The notes below the pieces were generated by a model. It made no database searches. It saw only the letters and a list, made by a program, of their open reading frames with translations, and was not told the DNA's origin. Shown piece after piece: positions 16,636-26,477 of a DNA stretch of 64,000 nucleotides (its first letter is position 1; every line of letters begins with the position of its first letter). Origin of the DNA: a virus. The position numbers and the translations under genes were made by a program. The stretch lies in the IMG/VR virus record IMGVR_UViG_3300045988_062793. The stretch is one strand, 5' to 3'.

Positions 16636-17129
16636 AAAAGAGAGTTTTAATTATTTTAATGATTAGTATTGTATTCGGATTTGCAACTGGTTATTCCTTG
16701 CACCACTGGATACATTCTGCGAGGTTTCCAGAGGAGAAAATTATGCTGATGCCGGAACATCCATTCTATTTGATGGAGGAGGTGAATGAGGAAGTATTGT
16801 ATAATACTCTTAAACACTATGATTTCCCAAGTCCTGCTATCATAACAGCTCAGGCTATTCTAGAATCTGGTAACTTCAAGTCTAAACTTTGTAAGGACAA
16901 CAATAATTTGTTCGGACTGTATAATTCAAGAACGATGTCCTATTTCAAGTTTGATAGTTGGATAAGCTGTGTATTTGCTTATAAGCAATTTATTCTAAGT
17001 AGGTACGATCCAGAAGAGGACTATTATAGATTCCTAGATAGGATTGGATATGCCGAAGATTCTCTATATGAGAGTAAGGTTAAAGAATTAGAGTTAGATA
17101 TTATCAACAAGTATGGAAGCCCAGATTGA
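16632..17129 (+). CDS. Peptidoglycan hydrolase, glucosaminidase (GH73/FlgJ-like) domain with N-terminal TM or signal-anchor; candidate endolysin-like enzyme
   Basis: AIITAQAILESGNFKSKLCKDNNNLFGLYN matches the glucosaminidase (mannosyl-glycoprotein endo-beta-N-acetylglucosaminidase) signature; N-terminal hydrophobic helix LIILMISIVFGFATGY. Confidence 0.55.
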   Translation: MKKRVLIILMISIVFGFATGYSLHHWIHSARFPEEKIMLMPEHPFYLMEEVNEEVLYNTLKHYDFPSPAIITAQAILESGNFKSKLCKDNNNLFGLYNSRTMSYFKFDSWISCVFAYKQFILSRYDPEEDYYRFLDRIGYAEDSLYESKVKELELDIINKYGSPD

Positions 17130-17334
17130 AAAGGCTATTGAGCTTAGAAAACAAGCTAACTTTAAGATTTTAACTAGACTAGCTCAAATCATAGAATGTA
17201 GTCCACATTTGCGATTCCAGCAAATATTATCTAATTACAAAGTCTGTGAATTAGGTAAGGATAAGTTCTATGAGGAGAGTATAGAAACTCTTAGGAATTT
17301 AGAAGGAGAAATGAACAAAAAGTTGAACACTTAA
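17113..17334 (+). CDS. Hypothetical protein (73 aa)
   Basis: ORF track. Confidence 0.4.
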   Translation: MEAQIEKAIELRKQANFKILTRLAQIIECSPHLRFQQILSNYKVCELGKDKFYEESIETLRNLEGEMNKKLNT

Positions 17335-17344
17335 TAGATTTAAA

Positions 17345-19360
17345 ATGGAATTTAAGAATTTTAAGAAAGATGTAGAAGCTGCTTTCAATAATATGATTGC
17401 AGAAAACCTGTTTGTTGCTAATGTTGATAAAGACCTCCTTTGGATGGGCTATCTTCTGTCGTTTGAAGATGAAACCGTTAGACAAGACCATAACTGCAAT
17501 GCCTGTAAATCTTTTATCCGGCATTATGGTAAAGTTGTAGCGATTGACCCTCAAACATATAAGACTAAAACATTCTGGGATGATGTGCACACTCCTGGAT
17601 ACGAGAAAACAGCACAGGCTCTAGCTAAATTAGTTAAGGAAGCTGGAATAGGAGATGTCTTCATTCAAGATGTGAACGAATTTCATGGTTGTGACCATAA
17701 TGTTCAACTACTCCCTGATGGAACAACTAGAACTTGGACACATCTGTACGTAACTATTCCGAATAACTTCAAGTTCAACAGGCGAGTTCATGGTTTTGAC
17801 TCTGCTGCCGGTTACAGGGGAGATGTCAGAGCAAGAGCTGGGGTATTTGAACGCTCTATCAGCGAGCTTAAGCTGGAGGCAGTTGAAACTGTTATTGAGC
17901 TTATAGAAGGAAATAATCTCTATAGAGGTGCAGAGTTCTTGAAGAGTTTGGAGGAATTTAGAAGAACACTAGTTACTGCTCAAACTCTGAGTCCAGAAGT
18001 AAGAACTAACTATTGCTGGTTAAACTTTAAGTCTCCTATAGCTAAGATTAGAAATACGGCTATGGGAACTTTACTTATTGATCTAAGCAATGGTGTAGAT
18101 CTGGAGAAAGCCGTAAGAGCGTATGAAAACATCATGGCTCCTGCTAACTATAAGAGACCTACTGCTCTTATTACTAAGAAACAAATTGAAGCCGCTCAGA
18201 AGAAGGTAGAAGAGCTAGGTCTTACTGATGCACTTCCTCGTCGTCATGCTCATGTGGAAGATATTTCTGTGAATGATGTTCTATTCGTAAATAGAGATAC
18301 TAGAGCAAAGATGAAGGGAGGAATGTTTGATATGCTCTCTGAGACTTCTACAGTAAATCCAAAAGAGTTTACCAAAGCCCAAGAAGTTTCTGCTGATGCC
18401 TTTGTCAAGAATGTACTTCCAGGAGCTAAGGAGGTTTCTATCTTGGTAGAGAACAGACATATTCCCAACTTTGTTACTCTGACTGCTCCTGAAAATCCGG
18501 ATGCTGGACAGTTGTTTAAGTGGAATAACAACTTTGCTTGGGTTTATAATGGTTCTGTAGCCGATTCCTTCAAGGAGAAGGTAAAGGCTGCTGGTGGAAA
18601 TGTAGACGGTTTCATGAGATGCTCTCTTCACTGGTTTAACTATGATGACCTTGACCTTCATGTAACCGAACCTGGTGGAAGAGAAATCTATTATGGAAGC
18701 AAAACTGGTTATACTGGAGGAACTCTTGATGTTGACATGAATGCAGGTTCCGGAAAAACTAGAGATGCTGTTGAGAACATCATATGGACAGACCCTAGCA
18801 GACTAAGACCGGGAGATTATGTGGTAAGAGTGCATAACTTCTATAAGAGGGAAAGTATTGATTTTGGTTTCGAAATGGAAATCGAGATTAATGGAGAACT
18901 TCACAAATTCCAGTATGGAAAAGTAGTTCTGAGCAAGGAATACATTGAAGTTGCTCGTATCCATGTTGATGGACAAAGAAACATTTCCATGACTCCTACT
19001 ATTAAAGAGGGTTCTACATCGTTCAAATCTACTAACGAGTGGGGAATTGATACAATGAAATTCCAGAAGGTTTCTTGTATTATGTTCTCTCCTAATCATT
19101 GGGAAGGCAACGCTATAGGAAACAAGCATCTGTTCTTTATGATAGATGGATGCAAGAATCCAGACCCTGTTAGAGGTTTCTTTAATGAATATCTGAGAGC
19201 TGACCTTGAAAAGGAGCATAGAAGAGTGTTTGAAGCTCTTGGTTCTAGAGCAAAAGCTGAGTACAGTGATGACCAGTTGAGTGGATTGGGATTTTCTAGC
19301 ACATCACACAATGATGTTGTTGTAAAAGTTGATAATAAATCATTTAAAATCATTTTCTAA
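17345..19360 (+). CDS. Large hypothetical protein (671 aa), function unknown
   Basis: ORF track; no motif recognised by eye. Confidence 0.5.
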   Translation: MEFKNFKKDVEAAFNNMIAENLFVANVDKDLLWMGYLLSFEDETVRQDHNCNACKSFIRHYGKVVAIDPQTYKTKTFWDDVHTPGYEKTAQALAKLVKEAGIGDVFIQDVNEFHGCDHNVQLLPDGTTRTWTHLYVTIPNNFKFNRRVHGFDSAAGYRGDVRARAGVFERSISELKLEAVETVIELIEGNNLYRGAEFLKSLEEFRRTLVTAQTLSPEVRTNYCWLNFKSPIAKIRNTAMGTLLIDLSNGVDLEKAVRAYENIMAPANYKRPTALITKKQIEAAQKKVEELGLTDALPRRHAHVEDISVNDVLFVNRDTRAKMKGGMFDMLSETSTVNPKEFTKAQEVSADAFVKNVLPGAKEVSILVENRHIPNFVTLTAPENPDAGQLFKWNNNFAWVYNGSVADSFKEKVKAAGGNVDGFMRCSLHWFNYDDLDLHVTEPGGREIYYGSKTGYTGGTLDVDMNAGSGKTRDAVENIIWTDPSRLRPGDYVVRVHNFYKRESIDFGFEMEIEINGELHKFQYGKVVLSKEYIEVARIHVDGQRNISMTPTIKEGSTSFKSTNEWGIDTMKFQKVSCIMFSPNHWEGNAIGNKHLFFMIDGCKNPDPVRGFFNEYLRADLEKEHRRVFEALGSRAKAEYSDDQLSGLGFSSTSHNDVVVKVDNKSFKIIF

Positions 19361-19362
19361 TT

Positions 19363-19737
19363 ATGTTTAAACAAGCGTCAAAAATGAAGTTGCGTTTCGC
19401 AACTAGTAAAGGTAATCTGAGTGTAGAAGATTTGTGGGACTTGAGCCTGCCAGTATTGGATAAATTAGCCGTTTCTTACGATGAGGAACTAGCTAAAAGT
19501 CCAAGAAAGTCTTTCATAACTAATGATACTCCCAGCAATACCGAACTTGAATTGAAGTTCAATATTGTGAAGGAGATTATAACGGATAAGCTAAAAGAGA
19601 AGGCTGATAGAGAGACAGCTAAGAATAAGGCTGCTGAAAAGGCTCGCCTGACGGAACTGTTAGCTAAGAAACAATCTGAGAAGTTAGAAAGCTTGTCCGA
19701 AGATGAAATCAAACGGAGACTCGCCGAACTCGGGTGA
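19363..19737 (+). CDS. Hypothetical protein (124 aa, charged coiled-coil-like C-terminus)
   Basis: ORF track. Confidence 0.45.
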   Translation: MFKQASKMKLRFATSKGNLSVEDLWDLSLPVLDKLAVSYDEELAKSPRKSFITNDTPSNTELELKFNIVKEIITDKLKEKADRETAKNKAAEKARLTELLAKKQSEKLESLSEDEIKRRLAELG

Positions 19738-20014
19738 GTGTGTAGTATTAAAGACTGTCAGTCCACAAATCTTAGACAGACTAAGAGAAAGTGGGTTGAC
19801 AGTTTGTATTTGTTGCGAATTTGAAGGAGTAGCCTGGTTGACATTCAGTCCTGGACTACCCTTTGATATTCATGGAGAGGGTTACGATTTTGAAGAGCTT
19901 GGGTTAATAGGCACAGAAGCTAATCTAAGATACTTTGAAAAAGTTACCCCTAACTATATTGATTGTGGAACTGATGTTGATAAGTTTATTAACACCTGTC
20001 TACAGTTTAAGTAA
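19703..20014 (+). CDS. Hypothetical protein (103 aa)
   Basis: ORF track. Confidence 0.4.
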   Translation: MKSNGDSPNSGECVVLKTVSPQILDRLRESGLTVCICCEFEGVAWLTFSPGLPFDIHGEGYDFEELGLIGTEANLRYFEKVTPNYIDCGTDVDKFINTCLQFK

Positions 20015-20130
20015 GTTAACAGTTTTTAACTTTGAATTTAACAATTCGGAGACTAATCTAGTAAGAAGATTAGAAAAATGATACTTTAGGATTATCTCTC
20101 GGTAGCGGTTCGTGAGAATAGCTACCATAT

Positions 20131-20215
20131 GCCCGGATGGTGGAATTGGTAGACACGTCAGATTTAAGCTCTGATGCCCATTGAGGGCGTGTGGGTTCGA
20201 GTCCCACTTCGGGTA
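20131..20215 (+). tRNA. tRNA-Leu (anticodon TAA), class II
   Basis: Acceptor gcccgga/ttcgggt, anticodon stem tcaga/tctga with loop tttaagc, long variable arm, T-arm gtggg ttcgagt cccac. Confidence 0.75.
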
Positions 20216-20232
20216 CTATAAAATGTTTTGAT

Positions 20233-20397
20233 ATGGAAAGATACATAAAAGAACTAGTAGAGATTTATACTAGCAATACTCTTAAGTCAAAAGAGGAGCT
20301 AGAAAGTTTGAAGAAACTTATTATGAATGCTCATAGAGCTGGTTTCATAGCTGGAGAAGAATCTATAGTAAATGTAATTGATAAGTTAACAAAATGA
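20233..20397 (+). CDS. Small hypothetical protein (track ORF 20191 trimmed to the first ATG after the tRNA)
   Basis: ORF track. Confidence 0.35.
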   Translation: MERYIKELVEIYTSNTLKSKEELESLKKLIMNAHRAGFIAGEESIVNVIDKLTK

Positions 20398-21308
20398 AAG
20401 AAAGTGTATTTTTTGGAAACGAAGGATTGACTTCTACATCTGCTAACTATTATGCTAATGTTGCGCAGGAAATGATTCAGGCTGCTACTGAGCGTCTGAA
20501 TAGTGTGAGGTTCTATCAAGTGTTTGTAGCCTCTATAGGAGGTGGGGAGAAGCAATTAATGACAGTAGGTCAAACTTCCCTAGACTTTATTAAGGACGAC
20601 TTAGAAAAGTCAGCGGAAATGAATAGCTTCTGTGCTTGGGTGCGGGAGGCTATTAAGAAAAAGGAGGAATTGATTTCCTATACTACTGCTTGCTCTATCG
20701 AAAAATGGGCTAGAGAAAACAATGTTGAGATTCCAGAACAACCTCAATATCCAGATTCACCTATTAAGGCGGATGAAAAAGAGGTAATGGATTCATGGGA
20801 TGCCAATAAGAGAAACAAGTACCTAAGACTTGAAGCGTTTGCTTCTACTTATGGGAAATATATTCACCCAAAAGGAGCTTTTAGTAAAGCTAGAAAAGAT
20901 GTTCATGCTGCTGAAAACTGCCCAATCTACAAGGAAGGAACTGGTAGAGACTTAATTCTCTATTACCAAGACCCAACTATTAAGATAGAGGACGTCGATG
21001 CGATGTTTATGTCTCTTCAAGATACGTATCGTTCTTATGAAAAAGAACTAAACGCTATGAAGGCAGAACTTAAAGAGACTGTAAATAAACTTGATATGAC
21101 TAGAGAAAGGGAATATCAAGATAGAGTAGCAGAATTTAAGGCTGACTATGAGAGATATAATTCTAAAATGCAAGAATTTAGAAGTCAGTTTAATAACTGG
21201 AGAACGTCTGAACAGGAGAGAATCTCTCAACTAAAGATTACCTTGCCAACGAATCTTCTAGGAATTTTCGAAGAAATTAGGAAACAAGGCGATCCCTCCT
21301 CTAAGTAA
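20394..21308 (+). CDS. Hypothetical protein (304 aa)
   Basis: ORF track. Confidence 0.5.
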   Translation: MKESVFFGNEGLTSTSANYYANVAQEMIQAATERLNSVRFYQVFVASIGGGEKQLMTVGQTSLDFIKDDLEKSAEMNSFCAWVREAIKKKEELISYTTACSIEKWARENNVEIPEQPQYPDSPIKADEKEVMDSWDANKRNKYLRLEAFASTYGKYIHPKGAFSKARKDVHAAENCPIYKEGTGRDLILYYQDPTIKIEDVDAMFMSLQDTYRSYEKELNAMKAELKETVNKLDMTREREYQDRVAEFKADYERYNSKMQEFRSQFNNWRTSEQERISQLKITLPTNLLGIFEEIRKQGDPSSK

Positions 21309-21698
21309 TTAGAGGAATTTTCTGTAGGAAGCTAACAATTTATATATACGTTAGGAATAATATATGAATCTTTATTTGGAAATCTAAGGATTTCTGACTT
21401 ACACATTCGCTGGTCTCACAAAAATCTTGAAATTACTCTCTTATTGAGAGTCTTTGTCTTAGTCTTCGCTAGTGTGACCAGGTCTTCGACTTTGATTTCA
21501 TCTTTGCCTGCGTGTTAGCTTCCTACTATAGCTCACCAACCAAGTTGTTGGAGGAGTTACGAAGCCCTGTTAAGGGTTTCAGCATTTGCTTCAGTTACAA
21601 GTAATCTTTAAACTTGGTGACTATTATCCCAAATTCTCAACAAGATGAAGAGGGAGGTTGGCCGACCTAATAACGGTACAAGCTCTTCGGAGTGATAG

Positions 21699-21749
21699 GA
21701 GTGGGGAAAGTATCTGAGAAGCACAGATACTGGAACCACTCTTTTTTTT
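21699..21749 (+). terminator. Compound rho-independent terminator: outer stem gagtgg/ccactc enclosing hairpin agtatct/agatact, followed by T8
   Basis: Read directly; lies at the end of the 21309-21786 noncoding stretch. Confidence 0.55.
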
Positions 21750-21786
21750 GATAGATAAAATGTTTAACTAATTAAAATTATTGAAA

Positions 21787-21951
21787 ATGAAGAAGTTACT
21801 ATTGCTTTTTGTGTTAGTTGCTGCTATGTCAGCTTGCACACACAAGACTCAACCGGCAACTGTAGTTGCAGAAGACTCTGTTGTAGTCGTTGAGAATGTT
21901 GCAGACACAACTGCTGTCGATTCTATAGTATCTAACGATAGTATTCAGTAA
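21787..21951 (+). CDS. Small lipoprotein (54 aa)
   Basis: MKKLLLLFVLVAAMSACTHK... is a signal peptide with a lipobox Cys; below the ORF-track size cutoff. Confidence 0.4.
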   Translation: MKKLLLLFVLVAAMSACTHKTQPATVVAEDSVVVVENVADTTAVDSIVSNDSIQ

Positions 21952-21953
21952 GT

Positions 21954-22271
21954 ATGGATTTCATCGCAACTAGAGTTAGTGAACTCCTAGAAAAGGTTTC
22001 ACCCATTAGACGATGGCTTATTTCCGATGTTGCGAATGAATACTACCGTGAAGGTTATCAAGATGGTCAGAAGCTAGTCTATAGAAATGTATTGAAAGGT
22101 AACGCATTGAAAGAATTTATTGAAATTCTTAATCATTGCGGAATCAAATTGAGTTACAATCTGCGGAAAGGAGGTTTAATTGTCAGTGTGAGATCTGACA
22201 AACTTCCCAATCTGCAACGTCTCGTTGAATGTTATAAAAATGAAAGTAAAGAAGACAAGAAATTTCAGTGA
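21954..22271 (+). CDS. Hypothetical protein (105 aa)
   Basis: ORF track. Confidence 0.45.
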   Translation: MDFIATRVSELLEKVSPIRRWLISDVANEYYREGYQDGQKLVYRNVLKGNALKEFIEILNHCGIKLSYNLRKGGLIVSVRSDKLPNLQRLVECYKNESKEDKKFQ

Positions 22272-22614
22272 TGCCCCACCTCTTGATGTTCAGTATAACT
22301 ACATCATGGAGAACTTTGACTTTGACAAGGTTCTAGAATATATGAGTTGGGACAAGAGTCATAGAACATATGACGATGATGGGAAATGTGTAGGAAAGTC
22401 TCCTTGGAGGATGTATATAAGTCCTGGAGAGTATAGAGTTCCATCTATTTCTGACCTAAGAGCACTAGCTAGAGACTTACTTACGCAAGTAATAAGAAAT
22501 TATAGAAACAGTAAATCAACATTTGTTTCTATATCTACTGGGCCATTTAAGGCTATGTGTAGATATGGTGTGCTAGAGTTGGTTGGTGTTATAGAATCTT
22601 GGAGCGATGATTGA
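22225..22614 (+). CDS. Hypothetical protein (129 aa)
   Basis: ORF track. Confidence 0.45.
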   Translation: MNVIKMKVKKTRNFSDAPPLDVQYNYIMENFDFDKVLEYMSWDKSHRTYDDDGKCVGKSPWRMYISPGEYRVPSISDLRALARDLLTQVIRNYRNSKSTFVSISTGPFKAMCRYGVLELVGVIESWSDD

Positions 22615-23002
22615 GTTCAATGAAGTGTTCTGTTTAGATTTAAAAGATGATTTTGAGGAATTAGGAAGGCATGAGAGAAATTTCGAGCTAGATGAATTCA
22701 TTCAGAAGGATTTGAGTAGAGCTTTTGCTTTTGGTTATTGTCACTTAGATTGGATAAAAGAAAAAATGTGGTTTCCAGTCTCTATTAGAAAAGCCTTGAG
22801 GCATCTTGGAGATAATTTGGAAGACTTTATTCCACAAATTAAGTGGCTTAATGGGAAGTATGGAGCTGTAGGAAAGAGAGTTAGAATAAGTGATTACGCA
22901 AACTATATTTTAGATAATATATTTTGTGATAACCAAGACGACCTGCTAAAGATAGCAATACTACTAGGAACTAATCTCAGGACTAATACTCAGAATGAGT
23001 AA
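22607..23002 (+). CDS. Hypothetical protein (131 aa)
   Basis: ORF track. Confidence 0.45.
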   Translation: MIEFNEVFCLDLKDDFEELGRHERNFELDEFIQKDLSRAFAFGYCHLDWIKEKMWFPVSIRKALRHLGDNLEDFIPQIKWLNGKYGAVGKRVRISDYANYILDNIFCDNQDDLLKIAILLGTNLRTNTQNE

Positions 23003-23456
23003 TTTAGAGGTCTTTACTGACGGAGCTTTTAGTTCATCTAGAAATACAGGAGGAGTAGGAGTTGTATTCGTAATTGATGGGAAAAAATCCTATGAATTTA
23101 GCAAGATGATTCCAAATACTACTAACAACAAATGTGAGTTGTTAGCTGTAATATATGCTCTCAATGCAGTAAGCCGTAAGATAGAATCTCTTACTATCTA
23201 TTCAGATTCTCAGTATGTCATAGGATGTGCTACAAAAGGATGGAAAAGAAAAAAGAATGTAGAGTTGTGGAACTTATATGACAAGGTTTTTGCTAAGGCA
23301 AGCCAGTTTTGCCCTGACATAAAATTTTGTTGGGTTAAGGGACATACTTCAAATTCTGATTTCTCTTCTGAGATGAATAATTTAGCAGATAAATTAGCAG
23401 TTGAAGCAAGTCAAGAATATGAAACTAAGAAAGAACAAAAACAAGAGACTCATTAA
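22995..23456 (+). CDS. rnhA: Ribonuclease HI
   Basis: Motifs consistent with the RNase H catalytic residues D (VFTDGA), E (CELLAV) and D (YSDSQY), plus WVKGH and NLADKLA. Confidence 0.75.
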   Translation: MSNLEVFTDGAFSSSRNTGGVGVVFVIDGKKSYEFSKMIPNTTNNKCELLAVIYALNAVSRKIESLTIYSDSQYVIGCATKGWKRKKNVELWNLYDKVFAKASQFCPDIKFCWVKGHTSNSDFSSEMNNLADKLAVEASQEYETKKEQKQETH

Positions 23457-23835
23457 AGAGGCTATGAAGTTCTATCCGTTTGATTATGGTTTTGTTCTCT
23501 CCCTAGAGAAACAAGCTTTAATTAGAATGTATGAATACTTCAAAGTATCTAGAATTGCTGAAGGTAACGAAGTTGTTGAAAAGAATCTAAAACTCGCACT
23601 AGGACTTTTAGATATTGTTCTAGAGATAGATTCTGCCTATCATTGTGATTTCAGACCTGGGTCTGAAGGATTCGTAGATAGGCACATAAACATTAAGAAC
23701 TGGAAACGATTCTGGCCTAAAGCTGCTGATCTTGATTTGAGTAAACCTATTCTTCAAGACCATTTGAGAAGAGAAAAAGCCTGGTACTTGTACAATAAAC
23801 TTAGGTTTGAACGTATGAGAACTTGGTGGGATTAA
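23401..23835 (+). CDS. Hypothetical protein (144 aa)
   Basis: ORF track. Confidence 0.4.
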   Translation: MKQVKNMKLRKNKNKRLIKEAMKFYPFDYGFVLSLEKQALIRMYEYFKVSRIAEGNEVVEKNLKLALGLLDIVLEIDSAYHCDFRPGSEGFVDRHINIKNWKRFWPKAADLDLSKPILQDHLRREKAWYLYNKLRFERMRTWWD

Positions 23836-23851
23836 TTTAACTAATTTAATT

Positions 23852-24868
23852 ATGAAGAGAATTTTTAGTATTATTTGTTTGTGTTTGATGTGTGCATTTG
23901 CTAGCGCACAAGTTGTTGAGACTGGAAGTATGAAGGATAACTGGTATATTTCTGGTAATGTTGGAACTACTATTTGGGATAACCATAGAAGTTGGGCAGA
24001 ACCAAATGATGTACTAGTAAACATTGCTATTGGTAAGGAGATTACTCCTATCTTTGGCTTGGAGTTAGACATGATGGCTGGAATGAACCAAGGAAATAAA
24101 ACATTCTTTGATTCACATAATTTGACAGCTAACGTTACTACCAATCTTACTAACCTGATATGTGGATATAACGGAGATAGACGTCTGTTTGAGCCTATAT
24201 TAATCATTGGTGCTGGTTGGTATCATACTTATGGAGGTGTCTATAATAATGTATCCGCCCGTGGAGCCGTTAGATGTAACTTTAATATCTCTAATAGATG
24301 GGCATTAAATGTTACTCCTGAGTATATGTTACTTCCCAAGACTTCCCCTCTGAATCATGAGTTTAACATCTATATTGGTGCTACCTATCGCTTTAAGTCT
24401 AGCAAAGGGGACTTTCCAATTATGAAGTTGTATAGTGATGCCGAGGTTGAAAGCCTAAACGCTTCTATTAATGAGTTGAGAGCCAAGAATGAGGAACTTA
24501 TGGCTCGTAAACCAATAGAAATTGTTAAGACGGACACAATCGAAATTACTAAAGTAGAGCTTTTGACTCCAAAAATTCAATTCCTTCAAAATTCTTCAGA
24601 GATTTCTAAAACTTCCAATGTGGCTGTCTCAGAACTAGCTTCCTATATTTCTAATAGTGGAAAAGCTTATGTGATTGAGGGATATGCTTCGGAAGAGGGT
24701 CCAGAAGAGTTTAATAATAACCTCGCTGTAGCTAGAGCAGAATCTATGAAGAAAGCTCTGATTAGCTATGGTGCTCCAGAGGATAAGTTGGTTGTTAAGG
24801 GATGTGGAATTACCACTGAATTTGGAGATAATGAATTTAATCGTATCGTAATAATTTCTGAACAATGA
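23852..24868 (+). CDS. OmpA-family outer-membrane protein (signal peptide, beta-barrel-like N-terminal part, coiled-coil linker, C-terminal OmpA peptidoglycan-binding domain)
   Basis: Signal peptide MKRIFSIICLCLMCAFASAQ; alternating amphipathic strands; C-terminal ...AYVIEGYASEEGPEEFNNNLAVARAESMKKALISYG... resembles an OmpA_C domain. Confidence 0.65.
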   Translation: MKRIFSIICLCLMCAFASAQVVETGSMKDNWYISGNVGTTIWDNHRSWAEPNDVLVNIAIGKEITPIFGLELDMMAGMNQGNKTFFDSHNLTANVTTNLTNLICGYNGDRRLFEPILIIGAGWYHTYGGVYNNVSARGAVRCNFNISNRWALNVTPEYMLLPKTSPLNHEFNIYIGATYRFKSSKGDFPIMKLYSDAEVESLNASINELRAKNEELMARKPIEIVKTDTIEITKVELLTPKIQFLQNSSEISKTSNVAVSELASYISNSGKAYVIEGYASEEGPEEFNNNLAVARAESMKKALISYGAPEDKLVVKGCGITTEFGDNEFNRIVIISEQ

Positions 24869-25109
24869 AGTATAAGAAAAAAGTAGCTTGGTTAAAGGCA
24901 AAGCAAGCATGGTGGGATAAACAAGGAAAAGATTTTCAGGCTGCAACTACCAGACCTGGGTCTGTTAAAACTCGATAAATCATGGTTGCATTTATAATTG
25001 TGTGCATAATGTTTGCCGCGTATATTTATTATGACCCGTATGTAGACATTACAGAGGATAATGTACTACTATGGTATAATAAAAGTGGCAATAGAGAATA
25101 TATTATTCT

Positions 25110-25322
25110 ATGGTCGAGAAAAACTTAATTAAGGCATTTGTTGCCGTTCTGTTAATCGTTGTGATTTACAACGTCAGCTTATGGTTATTATCCGAATCAT
25201 TGTATGCTGCAAATATCTTGGGGTTGTTACTATTACTAGTGGCAATCCCAAGTTTAGTTTATAGGATATTCAAATACATTAAGAAACATTATTTAAATAA
25301 GGAAAATGAAGACAATTATTAA
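25110..25322 (+). CDS. Small membrane protein (70 aa, two TM helices)
   Basis: ORF track; hydrophobic. Confidence 0.4.
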   Translation: MVEKNLIKAFVAVLLIVVIYNVSLWLLSESLYAANILGLLLLLVAIPSLVYRIFKYIKKHYLNKENEDNY

Positions 25323-26133
25323 GCTTTTGTGTGTATTAACTTTGGTGTTTGGCTTGTCTAGTTGTGGCTACGAGAGAATTGATGCTGGTTACGAAGGCAT
25401 TAAGGTGAATCTATACGGAGACGGTAAGGGAGTAGACGATGTGTCTCTTGTTACTGGCGCGGTGTGGTATAATCCTGTTACTACGGCTGTATATGAATAT
25501 CCTACATTCGTACAGACTGTGGACTATCCTCCTTTCAGTATTAATGCTAAAGATGGATCATCATTTACTGTAGACCCTACAATTTCTTTGAAGATTGTTG
25601 ACGGGAAATCACCAGAAGTATTTAAGAAGTATAGAAAGGAAGATATTGTAGAGGTAATTAACACTACTTTGTATAATTACGTAAAGAATGCTTTTCGCAT
25701 TCAGCTGAATAACTATACTACTGATGAACTAGTAAGTAAACGTGAGGAGTTTGAGAAGTCTATAGAAGATAGACTGTCAAAGGAACTCTTGGCTGAGAAT
25801 TTTCAGCTTGAACAAATGACTTCTGGTCTTCAATATCCACAGACGCTAGTCAATTCTATTGATGCTAAGAATGCTGCAATTCAACAGGCTTTGAAGGCAG
25901 AGAATGAAGTTAAGACTATTGAGGCAGAAGCTAAAAAGAAAGTAGCAGCTGCACAAGGAGAGGCAGAAGCTCTTAAGATTAAGGGTGATGCAGAAGCTGA
26001 ATATAATAGAAAGATTTCAGCATCTTTATCAGTTCTCATAGTTCAGCAGGATATGATTAAGAAGTGGGATGGAAAACTTCCTACTTATGGTCAGGTTCCC
26101 ACCTTATTTAAAGACGTAGCTAATAACAAATGA
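25306..26133 (+). CDS. SPFH/band-7 (prohibitin/HflC-like) lipoprotein
   Basis: Lipoprotein signal MKTIIKLLCVLTLVFGLSSCGY; SPFH-like core followed by an A/E/K-rich helix (EAEAKKKVAAAQGEAEALKIKGDAEAEYNRKI). Confidence 0.55.
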   Translation: MKTIIKLLCVLTLVFGLSSCGYERIDAGYEGIKVNLYGDGKGVDDVSLVTGAVWYNPVTTAVYEYPTFVQTVDYPPFSINAKDGSSFTVDPTISLKIVDGKSPEVFKKYRKEDIVEVINTTLYNYVKNAFRIQLNNYTTDELVSKREEFEKSIEDRLSKELLAENFQLEQMTSGLQYPQTLVNSIDAKNAAIQQALKAENEVKTIEAEAKKKVAAAQGEAEALKIKGDAEAEYNRKISASLSVLIVQQDMIKKWDGKLPTYGQVPTLFKDVANNK

Positions 26134-26477
26134 TGTATCTAGTAATATGCACTGTGATGGTAATCATCACGGTGCTTATCTTGAAAGATACCCATGTAAC
26201 CGTTTATTACAATGGGTATAGCAGAAGTGTGGCACTTATAGAAGAAGACTATGACCTTAAAGTTCCAGTGTGGCTAGTTTTAGTAATACTAATCCTAGGA
26301 TTTATCCCAGTACTGAACATTATGCTATACACAGTAGGATATTTATTCTATATAGTTCATGCTGTGTGGAATCCAGACAAGTTGTCTGGATATACGCATA
26401 AGTTCAATCTAAGAGGAAATAATTTTCTAACTAGAATAGTGAAGAAGATATGGAAATTCTTAAATGTATGTGTATAA
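26130..26477 (+). CDS. Membrane protein (115 aa, 2-3 TM helices), hypothetical
   Basis: ORF track. Confidence 0.45.
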   Translation: MMYLVICTVMVIITVLILKDTHVTVYYNGYSRSVALIEEDYDLKVPVWLVLVILILGFIPVLNIMLYTVGYLFYIVHAVWNPDKLSGYTHKFNLRGNNFLTRIVKKIWKFLNVCV

